Source: Candidatus Poribacteria bacterium
GTDB taxonomy: Bacteria > Poribacteria > WGA-4E > PCPOR2b
Assembly (NCBI GenBank): GCA_965116925.1
Contig: OZ220744.1
Coordinates: 480,001-544,000, forward strand
Direction of reading: 5' to 3'
Length of the DNA: 64,000 bases
Shown: in pieces, positions 39,849-49,573 of the stretch
Numbering within the stretch: position 1 is the first letter of the stretch
Layout: every line of letters begins with the position of its first letter
Translations under genes and position numbers: made by a program
Notes under the pieces: generated by a model
The model's database searches: none
The model's input: the letters and a program-made list of their open reading frames with translations, nothing else
What the model was told of the DNA's origin: nothing

Positions 39849-40719
39849 AAATTTTTCAATATAGGAGTTACGCAGTTGAGTTTGTAGTAGCGCAATTCAT
39901 TGCGCGTTCTTCCCTCCCCATAGGAGTTACGCAGTTGAGTTTGTAGTAGCGCAATTCATTGCGCGTTCTTCCCTCCCCCTGCTTGTGGGGGGTAGAGGGG
40001 GGGGACGGGCGATAAATCGCCCTACTATAAACCTTTGTCCCTACTATAGTTGCCCGATTCATCGGGTGTGAGAAACGGTATCCTGCGGTGATGAATCGCC
40101 GAACTACAAGGCTTTGACCATTCAACTGCATAAGTCCTAAAATTTTTCAATATAGAAGTTACGCAGTTGAGTTTGTAGTAGCGCAATTCATTGCGCGTTC
40201 TTCCCTCCCCATAGGAGTTACGCAGTTGAGTTTGTAGTAGCGCAATTCATTGCGCGTTCTTCCCTCCCCCTGCTTGCGGGGGTAGAGGGGGGGGACGGGC
40301 GATAAATCGCCCTACTATAAACCTTTGTCCCTACTATAGTTGCCCGATTCATCGGGTGTGAGAAACGGTATCCTGCGGTGATGAATCGCCGAACTACAAG
40401 GCTTTGACCATTCAACTGCATAAGTCCTAAAATTTTTCAATATAGAAGTTACGCAGTTGAGTTTGTAGTAGCGCAATTCATTGCGCGTTCTTCCCTCCCC
40501 ATAGGAGTTACGCAGTTGAGTTTGTAGTAGCGCAATTCATTGCGCGTTCTTCCCTCCCCCTGCTTGCGGGGGTAGAGGGGGGGGACGGGCGATAAATCGC
40601 CCTACTATAAACCTTTGTCCCTACTATAGTTGCCCGATTCATCGGGTGTGAGAAACGGTATCCTGCGGTGATGAATCGCCGAACTACAAGGCTTTGACCG
40701 TTCAACTGCATAAGTCCTA
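39849..40719. repeat. tandem triplication of a ~290-bp MITE/REP composite
   Basis: Units start near 39849, 40140 and 40430 and are almost identical. TIR TAGGAGTTACGCAGTTGA / TCAACTGCATAAGTCCTA; several GTAG-type hairpins inside. Confidence 0.92.
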
Positions 40720-40779
40720 CAATAATAACATAGTAGTAGGCATACTCCGTATGCCGTGACTTACCGAAAACGGCTTTAT

Positions 40780-40963
40780 CTTGTAAAGCCCAAGCCTTTA
40801 GGCTTGGAGCCATTGGGGCGAAGCCTAGTATCGGGATTCCTGTTGAGTCCCGTAGTTGGGGCGATGGGGTCCCCGATAGGTGTCCGGTTCAATCCACACC
40901 TATCTAAACTCGGCTAACACAGCGTGTAAGAATCCCAATCCTTTAGCTTTGGGAGTACGTCAA
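40780..40963 (+). mobile_element. non-autonomous IS200/IS605-family element (both ends, no ORF)
   Basis: Left end AAAG + hairpin CCAAGCC-TTTA-GGCTTGG; right end GAAT + hairpin TCCCAATCCTTTAGCTTTGGGA followed by GTACGTCAA. Confidence 0.7.
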
Positions 40964-41012
40964 ATATATCCCCGCCGGCCATTGTGCCCCACTTATCTCT
41001 ACCCGAATCGCG

Positions 41013-42086
41013 CTAAACGCCCATCAACTCCCCTCGTAAGCATTCAACATCAACACGAGTACCTCTCCGCGCCGACGTATTACACGCCTCCATCAATATC
41101 CATGTCCCTAATGTGCTTTCCTGTAACCACTCCCGATTTTTGCCGGTGGAGAGTGCATCTGCAAAGGCATTAAATTGGAGACGGTCATCTTCGACCAGTC
41201 CGGGATGGAGGTCTTGAAGCTGGCAGTCTTTAACACATTCACCCTTACGAAAAAGTTGAAGATGTCCCGCGTCTCGTCGAATATCCCCATTTTCTCCGTG
41301 AAAACTCCAATGACCGCTCCAGCCGAATGGATTTGCATGGGAGGCGTTCGTTCCCGTATAGCAGAAAGGTGCACCATTTGGGTATTCCAGCAACGCTTGA
41401 CCACCCGCTGTGCCCCAGACGCCGGTCCGAGCAATATCATGGTCTTCCCGTTGGTGGATGCACGCCGTCACATATTTCGGAAGGCCTTTCGCTGCAACCA
41501 GTTGATCGAGTTGATGTGCGGTGGCGGCGTGAAAGAAGATCCCTTCGACGTAAGCATCCGGATAGCGTGAATTATCTGCACGCCAGAGATTTTGCCGAAT
41601 CCAGAATCGACACTCCCCACCGAGCATGTCGCCGATACCATCCGCCCCACGCAACCACTCACGCATCTTTGAAGCGGCAGGATTCCAGCGTTTATTTTGT
41701 CCCTGTACCAGCATCAGATCGGGATGTGCCTTGCGAACCTTGATAATTTCCCGAAACTCATCCGGCGTTGTTGCAATCGGTTTGACACACAACGTGTGCA
41801 GCCCAAGATTTAGGCTTTCGACAACCAGCTCTGTGTGCACCGGTGTTGAAGCATAGATGAGACATACTTCTGCATGATGTCTCGCCCGCGCTTCCGTGAT
41901 TGTTGTATAGATCCGGTCCCCAAGTCCTTCAGGTACATCGCCCTCCAAAGATCCTACCCCTTCTTGCGCTTCGTCGAGGTTGATATCCACACAGGCGACA
42001 GGATACAACCCCTTGCAGTTGACTAACGCCTGAAGCCGTCCACGGGCGAAATGGGTGCAGCCCACATGAATAGTTGGTATAGCCAT
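41013..42086 (-). CDS. Gfo/Idh/MocA family oxidoreductase
   Basis: VACVD, HTLCVKPIA (EKP-like), QNKRW, HQLD; start at ATG 42086 with GGAGG RBS. Confidence 0.8.
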   Translation of the reverse strand: MAIPTIHVGCTHFARGRLQALVNCKGLYPVACVDINLDEAQEGVGSLEGDVPEGLGDRIYTTITEARARHHAEVCLIYASTPVHTELVVESLNLGLHTLCVKPIATTPDEFREIIKVRKAHPDLMLVQGQNKRWNPAASKMREWLRGADGIGDMLGGECRFWIRQNLWRADNSRYPDAYVEGIFFHAATAHQLDQLVAAKGLPKYVTACIHQREDHDIARTGVWGTAGGQALLEYPNGAPFCYTGTNASHANPFGWSGHWSFHGENGDIRRDAGHLQLFRKGECVKDCQLQDLHPGLVEDDRLQFNAFADALSTGKNREWLQESTLGTWILMEACNTSARRGTRVDVECLRGELMGV

Positions 42087-42121
42087 GATCGCCTCCTTAT
42101 ACATATCGCCTAAATTTGATG

Positions 42122-42904
42122 TCACTCTCCTAATGCTTCGTCAAAATCTTGGCTGCTGCGCTCCAACACAGCCGCCAATGAGAAATCTCCCCCGTACGCT
42201 AGCAACTGCGCTCCTATTGCGCGGTACTGTTTAATCAATTCAGGTGTGCCGGCAGGAATGCCCCAAGCGATGTCATGCTTTCTAGCTGCATCGGCAACTT
42301 GGGTGATGGCTTCATCAAGACTGATCTGTGTCTTACTGTCACTCTGGCTCAGGCGTAATCCAAGATCTCCGGGACCGACGAAAAGCGCGTCCACTCCCGG
42401 CACGGCCGCAATCTCTTCGACATTCTCAAGTGCCTCCGGTGTCTCGATTTGAATCACGATGAAAGTCTCCCGATTGGCGTCATCGGTGTAGGTGCTGTCT
42501 GGAGTCCAGACCCCAAGCCCGAAATCACCATCCAGACCGGCACCGTCCATGCCACGATTGCCCATAGGTGGAAATTTCACAGCATTCACGATGTACTGTG
42601 CTTCCTCGGCATCTGAGACCAATGGCATCATCAAACCGGTTGCGCCATCTTCAAAGTAGCGATAGAGCCGTGTCCGTTCTTGGGTGGGAGGTCGCACCAT
42701 GCAGTCGATATCGTTGTGATAGCATAAGCCTAACAGGCTCTGCACCTCACGATCGGTCATCGCTCGGTGCTCCAAGTCTAACCAGATGACATCGTAGCCG
42801 AAATGTGCGGCATAACGCACAAAGAACGGCAGGTAGTGTCCCAAGCCGCACACTCGTGCGCACTGGTTTTGGTGGATTTTCGTCAAGGTTTTGCTATTTC
42901 TCAT
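42122..42904 (-). CDS. HpcH/HpaI aldolase family protein
   Basis: WLDLEH, KFPPMGNRG, QIETPEALENVEEIAAVPGVDALFVGPGDL. Confidence 0.92.
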   Translation of the reverse strand: MRNSKTLTKIHQNQCARVCGLGHYLPFFVRYAAHFGYDVIWLDLEHRAMTDREVQSLLGLCYHNDIDCMVRPPTQERTRLYRYFEDGATGLMMPLVSDAEEAQYIVNAVKFPPMGNRGMDGAGLDGDFGLGVWTPDSTYTDDANRETFIVIQIETPEALENVEEIAAVPGVDALFVGPGDLGLRLSQSDSKTQISLDEAITQVADAARKHDIAWGIPAGTPELIKQYRAIGAQLLAYGGDFSLAAVLERSSQDFDEALGE

Positions 42905-43392
42905 ATTCCTCCTCGTTCAGATTTTGCATTTCGCAAGTTTAGCTGTCATGAGCAAAAATGGAGATTCACCTCAAAAGAAAGTGCAGAGCAGCTCAGAGAA
43001 ACCGAGTTTTTTCTTCAAAACTCGGTTTCTTTGCACTATGTCTTATACATGAGTGAAAATGGATTGGATAAGCCAATCCGTTACGTCGGGGTATTGATCG
43101 AAATCCAAGACAAATTCTACTCAGAATTGACCTTATGTCTAATACACTCCTCACCAAATTGGAAAATCTCTCCAACCCCAAAAAGGATTGACGATTGGAT
43201 TAATTAAGACACCTTCCATTATAACCGATTGCCGTAGCGAATAGGGATTAAAATTTGTTCGGTGTTTTTTGTGCCGGAAAGGCCTTCATGAAAGGTGTGA
43301 CTTTTTCATTGCGGAATTGAATGGACTTTGCTATGATACCCGAAACTAAAGCCGAATCATAAATCTATTTTTTAGACATATCGGAGGATCCA

Positions 43393-45126
43393 ATGCGACA
43401 AAAAATTAGCGGTACAGGCGGAATGATCCTAGTCAAGATGCTCAAAGAATGTGGAGTCGAATATCTCTTTACTAACCCCGGTTCAGCAGAAACAGGACTC
43501 TTTGCAGCGGTTGCGGAAGACGGCGATTTAAGGATTGCCATGGCAAAACATGAGGGGTTGGTCTCCGCCATGGCAGATGGATACGCCCGCACCAGCGGCA
43601 AAGTGGGTGTGGCTATCGCTCACGTAACGGGCGGCTCGCTTCAGATGGCGGGACAACTCTACAACGCCCAGATGGCAGGTTCGCCGGTGGTTGTCATCGC
43701 TGGAGATTGGACAATGGAGGTCCAGGACTTCCGAGGCTTAACACCTTTCCCCGGACTGAGTCAGGCAGAACTGATGCGTGGCGTGACTAAAGAGGCGCGG
43801 TGTGCTTATCAAGTGAGCTATCAACCGGAGGCGCTTACGGTCGCAACAGCGAGGGCAATGCGAGAGGCGACGAACCCACCAACGGGTCCTGTTTTTCTAT
43901 CGGTAAACGCGAACCTGTTTCAGCAGGAGGGCCTTGAGGCGGAGATCGGAGAAGGCGCAGGGTATCAGATTGAAGGTCCGGGAGCAGCACGACCCCAAAC
44001 AATCGAAGCGATTGCCCGAAAACTAGGTGAGTGTGGCTGCCCCGCCCTGATGTTCGGCGATGATGTCTGGAATCAAAACGCACAAGACGAAGCCGTACAA
44101 TTGGCAGAACTGCTCGGCGCTCCGGTTTTCGGCAGCCGGCAAACCAGCGCGAACTTCCCGACCCATCATCCACTGTCCTGCGGTGGCTATCCAGTGGAAA
44201 AGGAATTCTCTGACGTGACAGGGCTGCAACCGGATCTTCTGTTCATGGTGGGTTGTCGAGGGCTTCATGGATCCGCGGAAGAATCTACTGTGATACAGAT
44301 TGGTCCCAACCCAACGTTGATGGGACGGCACTATCCACTCGATCTGGCTGCCCAATGTAACCTAAAGGATACCCTACCCGTTCTGTGTGAAACAATATCC
44401 AACATGTACGGGACTGATACCATCGAGTTGTGGCGAAACCAACGCGCCAAGGTCTCAACTTACGCAAAACTTCTGCTTGAGCGTGAGGAAACGGTGGTGC
44501 GGGAACATGCAGACGACGATGTGATTCATCCGAGTCTGCTAGAGGCACAGATGGCGACGCTTCTACCGAAAGACTCGATAATCATTGGCGAAAACCCAAC
44601 CGCCCGAACAACACTATTGCCATTTGGACATCAACAGATGTGGCGATTCGGTGGTGGCGGTGGCTCGCTCGGTTGGGCGGTCGGTGGTGCGGTTGGCGCG
44701 AAGATCGGGATTGGAGACGAAAGACCCGTCGTCTTGAGCATCGGCGATGGTTCGCTTACCTATAGCGCAGCAGGGTTCTGGTCTATGGCTCGCTATAAGA
44801 CCCCTGTTTTGACAATTGTTTCCAACAACGAAAGCTATCAAGTAGTACGCATAAACTGGGCGCGGGAAATGCCGGACAGCCAGATGGTGCAGGAAGGCAA
44901 ATATCCCGGACTCTTCCTTGGAGGTCCGTCGATTGATTATGCTGGGCTTGCTCGGTCTCAGGGAGTGGATGGCGAACGTGTTACCGATCCGTCAGAGCTG
45001 GAGGCGGCACTGAAGCGTGGAATTGACTGCATCCTCAAAGAAAATCGACCCTACTTGCTTGATGTTGTTGTAGCACGAGAAGGGCTTGGACATGAGTCCG
45101 AATGGCATCAGGGTTGGCAGATGTAG
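43393..45126 (+). CDS. thiamine pyrophosphate-binding enzyme (benzoylformate decarboxylase-like)
   Basis: FTNPGSAE, HEGLVSAMADGYAR, GGGSLGW, GDGS...NNESY. Confidence 0.9.
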   Translation: MRQKISGTGGMILVKMLKECGVEYLFTNPGSAETGLFAAVAEDGDLRIAMAKHEGLVSAMADGYARTSGKVGVAIAHVTGGSLQMAGQLYNAQMAGSPVVVIAGDWTMEVQDFRGLTPFPGLSQAELMRGVTKEARCAYQVSYQPEALTVATARAMREATNPPTGPVFLSVNANLFQQEGLEAEIGEGAGYQIEGPGAARPQTIEAIARKLGECGCPALMFGDDVWNQNAQDEAVQLAELLGAPVFGSRQTSANFPTHHPLSCGGYPVEKEFSDVTGLQPDLLFMVGCRGLHGSAEESTVIQIGPNPTLMGRHYPLDLAAQCNLKDTLPVLCETISNMYGTDTIELWRNQRAKVSTYAKLLLEREETVVREHADDDVIHPSLLEAQMATLLPKDSIIIGENPTARTTLLPFGHQQMWRFGGGGGSLGWAVGGAVGAKIGIGDERPVVLSIGDGSLTYSAAGFWSMARYKTPVLTIVSNNESYQVVRINWAREMPDSQMVQEGKYPGLFLGGPSIDYAGLARSQGVDGERVTDPSELEAALKRGIDCILKENRPYLLDVVVAREGLGHESEWHQGWQM

Positions 45127-45160
45127 AACAAATTTCCGCGTTCTGTGTAGGAGGAACAAT

Positions 45161-47395
45161 ATGCGTTTTGGCGCACAATTAGGTGCTTTGGCTTTCTCGA
45201 CGATACTGGCTATATCTCTTACAGTTGTTGCCGATGAGGAGGTCGAAGAGGTTATGATGCTGGAAGAGGTTGTGGTTACAGCCCAAAAGCGCGAGCAGCG
45301 ATCTTTTGACGTGCCGCTCTCTATTTCGACGCTGCAGGGCGAAAAATCCGACACCTTGCGTTCATCTGGTATGGATGTGCGATTTTTGTCGAATCGTACC
45401 CCTAGTTTGCAGATGGAATCCTCGTTTGGGCGTGTCTTTCCCCGCTTTTATATCCGCGGCTTGGGCAATACGGACTTTGATCTCAATGCCTCGCAGCCGG
45501 TTTCCGTTCTCTACGACGGGGTTGTACTTGAAAATGCCTTGTTAAAAGGGTTTCCTGCCTTTGATCTGGATCGGATTGAGGTGCTTAGGGGACCACAAGG
45601 CACACTGTTTGGACGTAATACCCCCGCAGGAATTGTTAAGTTTGAATCGGCGCGTCCCACGCAGAAATTAGAAGGGTATGGTCGGTTGAGCTACGGACGG
45701 TTCAACAGCAGTAATTTTGAGGGGGCGTGGTCTGGCCCGGTTATTCCGTCTGTGCTTGCCGCAAGATTTTCACTGCTTGTTCAGCAACGGGGCGATTGGA
45801 TAGATAACGAATACACGGATGAGGAAGATGCCCTAGGGGGCCATCGGGATATAGCGGGACGCTTGCAGTTTTTGTGGACACCTACCCCGGAACTGGAAGC
45901 ATGGGTGAAGTTCCATGCCCGTGATCTCGACGGCACTGCACGTCTGTTTCGCGCCAATACGCTATCGAAGGAGCGGGGAGATCTGGTGGAAGATTTTTCA
46001 CGTGACCGCATAGCACACGACGGGCGCAATGAGCAAACCTTAGGTACACAGGGGTTAGCAGCGAAGGTGCGTTATGACATAGGGGATTTCCAACTAGTTT
46101 CGTTGACAGGGCTGGAACGGCTCACCACCTTTTCGCGTGGAGATATTGATGGTGGATACGGTGCTGCTTTCAGTCTGCCGAGTGGACCCGGCACAATACC
46201 CTTTCCTTCCGAAACCGCGTCCGGCATTCCTGCGCTCCGCCAATTTAGTCAAGAACTCCGTCTGATGAGTACCGGACGGTACCGTCTCGCCTATCAGTTT
46301 GGGTTGTACTATTTCCGCGAGTTTGTGGAAATGGAAGATTTCAACTACAATACCTTTGCTGAAGGTGCTCAAGATGGAAAGGTACGCCAAGAACAACTAG
46401 CTATTGCGCGGGCGGCGTTTGCGGCGCTGACCTTCCGATTAGTCGAGGATCTGGAACTTGGGGCTGGCTTACGATTGTCTAATGATACGAAGGACTATAC
46501 AGCGTGGCGAATTGAAGCACCTGCTGTCACGGAGGCGGGACCCATCGGTCCCATCCACGAGACCCCTGAAGCCACGGTATGGAGCGGAGATCTGAGCCTA
46601 CGCTATAAGATCGCACCGAGTGTGCAGACGTATGTCCGCGCAGCGCGTGGATTTCGTGCTCCCAGTATTCAGGGGCGATTGTTGTTTGGCGATGAGGTCA
46701 CGGTAGCGGGTACAGAGACCATTCTGTCTGTTGGAGGTGGCGCAAAGTTGCGCCTGTTGGGACAACGGCTGCACTTAGATCTCGCTGCTTTCCACTACTT
46801 TATGCAGGATCAGCAGCTCACTGCGGTGGGCGGAGAGACCAATTTCAACCGGTTGGTGAACGCTGAAGGTACGATCGGGCGTGGCGTTGAAGCAGAGCTC
46901 GTTCTCGCACCGACCACAGCACTGGAGGTCACAGCCGGGCTTAGTTACAACCAAACGCGGATTGACGATCCGATTTTGGCTATACAGGGCTGCGGCGCAC
47001 CATGTACGGTGCTGGACCCGCCCGGTTCAACTGAAGGAACTTTTTCCATTGATGGAAATGGCTTACCGCAAGCTCCAGAGTGGATTGCAGATGTGACGCT
47101 GCGTTATGCGGTTGATCTTCCGGCAGGTACGCGCCTCATCGCTTCTACCGATTGGGCGTATCGCAGCCGGGTGCGTTTCTTTCTCTACGATTCTGTGGAA
47201 TATGCTGATGAGTGGCTCTTAGAGGGTGGACTCCGGCTTGCCTGTTTATTGCCATACGGCAACACAGAGATAGCAATTATAGGCCGCAACATTCTTAACG
47301 ACACCTCTCCCACCGGCGGTATCGACTTCAACAACCTGACTAGCTATGTCAATGAACCCCGGTTTTGGGGACTGGAAGTGGTGCGTCGCTTTTGA
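45161..47395 (+). CDS. TonB-dependent receptor
   Basis: Signal peptide, LEEVVVTAQKREQ, RIEVLRGPQGTLFGRN plug motif, C-terminal F; start at ATG 45161 with AGGAGG RBS. Confidence 0.95.
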   Translation: MRFGAQLGALAFSTILAISLTVVADEEVEEVMMLEEVVVTAQKREQRSFDVPLSISTLQGEKSDTLRSSGMDVRFLSNRTPSLQMESSFGRVFPRFYIRGLGNTDFDLNASQPVSVLYDGVVLENALLKGFPAFDLDRIEVLRGPQGTLFGRNTPAGIVKFESARPTQKLEGYGRLSYGRFNSSNFEGAWSGPVIPSVLAARFSLLVQQRGDWIDNEYTDEEDALGGHRDIAGRLQFLWTPTPELEAWVKFHARDLDGTARLFRANTLSKERGDLVEDFSRDRIAHDGRNEQTLGTQGLAAKVRYDIGDFQLVSLTGLERLTTFSRGDIDGGYGAAFSLPSGPGTIPFPSETASGIPALRQFSQELRLMSTGRYRLAYQFGLYYFREFVEMEDFNYNTFAEGAQDGKVRQEQLAIARAAFAALTFRLVEDLELGAGLRLSNDTKDYTAWRIEAPAVTEAGPIGPIHETPEATVWSGDLSLRYKIAPSVQTYVRAARGFRAPSIQGRLLFGDEVTVAGTETILSVGGGAKLRLLGQRLHLDLAAFHYFMQDQQLTAVGGETNFNRLVNAEGTIGRGVEAELVLAPTTALEVTAGLSYNQTRIDDPILAIQGCGAPCTVLDPPGSTEGTFSIDGNGLPQAPEWIADVTLRYAVDLPAGTRLIASTDWAYRSRVRFFLYDSVEYADEWLLEGGLRLACLLPYGNTEIAIIGRNILNDTSPTGGIDFNNLTSYVNEPRFWGLEVVRRF

Positions 47396-47442
47396 ACAAC
47401 AGCAAGGTATTCCTTCAATCCTCTGAATCTTGACCGTAAGAG

Positions 47443-49524
47443 ATGTTCGACAAATCCTTCTTGCCAAAGGCACTCTTTGAATTTGTTATCATTTCCGATT
47501 CTCACTACATGCTCGATCCAGGCGTGGCATCTCTCGAATTTGAGAACCGTCGGAAGCAGTCTGTCCGCCGAGAAGTAGCCTTGCACATGGCGGCGGCACT
47601 TGAACCCTGCTTTGTTGTCCACAACGGGGATATGGTTCAGGAATATCCCGACAATGTAGAGCGATTCTACAAATCAATGGATGAATCGCTTGAACAGATG
47701 CGAGCATGCGGCATTGAGCCTTACTATGTTGCGGGAAATCATGACATTGGTGATAAGCCCGATCCCACCGCACCCGCTTCCCATGTCAGTAGGGAGGTGT
47801 TGGATTGGTATCATCAGAGGTTCGGCAAGTCGTGGTATAGCTTCGATCAGGGGGATTGCCATTTTGTGGTGCTCAATTCGCAGATCATGAATAGTATACT
47901 CCCTGATGCTACCGAACAAGAGGCATGGATGGAAAAGGACTTGGCTGAACATGCAGAGAAACGGCTTTTCATCCTTCTGCACATGCCACCCTATCTGTTT
48001 GATGAAACTGAACCTTCGATGGGGCATTACGACAATCTGGCAAATCCCTCAAGAGCTTGGCTGCTCAACCTAGTGCGAGTTTACAAGGTCGAGATGCTCG
48101 TCGCCGGGCATGTTCACTTCGCCTTCTTTGATCACTTGGCGGAAGCACGATACACGGTTTTAGCATCCCCTGCTTTTACCCGCCCCGGATTTTCCTGTCT
48201 GTTTGCCGGGGGCCCACCACCCGAACGAGGTCGCGATGACGCTCCTAAATTTGGGTTTTATCTGATGCGGGTGAGGGCGGACAAAACAGACATTCACTTT
48301 ATTCGGACATCCGGAATTGAAAGGCTTCCATCAGATACGGAAGAGCGGCTCATCACACGGGTGAGCGGCACACTTCCTCAATCGCCGCTAGGTATCACGC
48401 TGAGTCAGCCATTGGCAACGGTCGCTGAAATTCCACGCGCTTGGCCCGCTGCGATACGAGAGAAGGTGAGAAATGACTATCCCCTGCTTGCCTGCATGGA
48501 GATGGGAGTTGGATATGTCCGTGCACCACTTACCGATTTTCTGGACACCTTTCAGCGGAGGCGTTTAGAAATCTTGTGCAAAGAGGGGGTGAACTTCAAT
48601 GCCGTTGTCATTTTCTCCGAAGAATTCGATATCTTGGATGCGATGTCCCAGGCCCGCCCAAGGATTGATGGTCTGGAAATCCAGATAGTTGAGACGCTTT
48701 ATCCGTCGGGCAAATGTATTGAGATCATCAAAACACTTCAGGAACGGTTTGGGGTGTCCGTTACATTGTCACCGATTGTTTGCAGAGAGGCAACTTCAGG
48801 GAAACAGTTTCCCCGCTTTCGTCTCGGATACACTCCTCAAGAAATCCTAACCCTTAACCAATTTTTGGAGGCAAATGACGTTGTGATTGATAGGGTCATT
48901 TGCAAATTGGATACCGATCAATCGCTGTATAATCAGATTCAGAACATCGCAGAAATAAGACCTCTCAGTCACATTGCCAACATAGATTTCAGCTTTGAAT
49001 TCTCTGAGACAAATGATCAGACCAATGCTAACCTAGCTGCGGAGGGGCTGTTTTCGATGGCGACGATACCGGGAAACCGCATCTATTTTGAACCTCTCAG
49101 CGATCTTGACCGCACGATGGATGTTACGCATGGGCTTCTGGACACCCTTTGCAATCCACGCGCCGCAAGTCGCTCCCTACAATCTCTGAACACGATTCTG
49201 TATAGCCGATCGCTGAATGTTTCAAAACACTCACTTTGTCTGAAGCAGGTGAACGGTTTGAAGGTTTTACAATTTTCGACTGACACCTCGACCTATACGC
49301 TGTTACTGCACAGCGGGACGGGATCCAAAGCAAGCGAAATAGTCAACATAGAAGCATTCCTAGAGTTGAAAGAGGGGGAACCGTTGAAGATTTACCAATT
49401 ATCCGAGATAACTCTCAAAAGTCTAATTTTTCATAAAGCTGAAAATTGTATTTCGTTGACTCCTGATTTAAGTCCTGTCCTCATTGAGAGTACGACAATT
49501 ATAGTGAATTCAAAAAATAAATAA
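47443..49524 (+). CDS. calcineurin-like metallophosphoesterase with uncharacterised C-terminal half
   Basis: SDSH, NGDMV, AGNHD, LHMP, AGHVH motifs in the first ~250 aa. Confidence 0.85.
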   Translation: MFDKSFLPKALFEFVIISDSHYMLDPGVASLEFENRRKQSVRREVALHMAAALEPCFVVHNGDMVQEYPDNVERFYKSMDESLEQMRACGIEPYYVAGNHDIGDKPDPTAPASHVSREVLDWYHQRFGKSWYSFDQGDCHFVVLNSQIMNSILPDATEQEAWMEKDLAEHAEKRLFILLHMPPYLFDETEPSMGHYDNLANPSRAWLLNLVRVYKVEMLVAGHVHFAFFDHLAEARYTVLASPAFTRPGFSCLFAGGPPPERGRDDAPKFGFYLMRVRADKTDIHFIRTSGIERLPSDTEERLITRVSGTLPQSPLGITLSQPLATVAEIPRAWPAAIREKVRNDYPLLACMEMGVGYVRAPLTDFLDTFQRRRLEILCKEGVNFNAVVIFSEEFDILDAMSQARPRIDGLEIQIVETLYPSGKCIEIIKTLQERFGVSVTLSPIVCREATSGKQFPRFRLGYTPQEILTLNQFLEANDVVIDRVICKLDTDQSLYNQIQNIAEIRPLSHIANIDFSFEFSETNDQTNANLAAEGLFSMATIPGNRIYFEPLSDLDRTMDVTHGLLDTLCNPRAASRSLQSLNTILYSRSLNVSKHSLCLKQVNGLKVLQFSTDTSTYTLLLHSGTGSKASEIVNIEAFLELKEGEPLKIYQLSEITLKSLIFHKAENCISLTPDLSPVLIESTTIIVNSKNK

Positions 49525-49573
49525 ACACTTTCGACTCACGGATTCAGTTAAGCGTTAACGGAGATCAGTTCAA

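Noticed and set aside
39849..40719. Possible CRISPR array
   Set aside because: Intervening sequences are identical between units (no unique spacers), the period is ~290 bp and no cas genes are present.
39868..40813. Three near-identical small ORFs (MQLNGQSLVVRR...)
   Set aside because: They are translations of the tandem repeat, with no RBS or recognisable domain.
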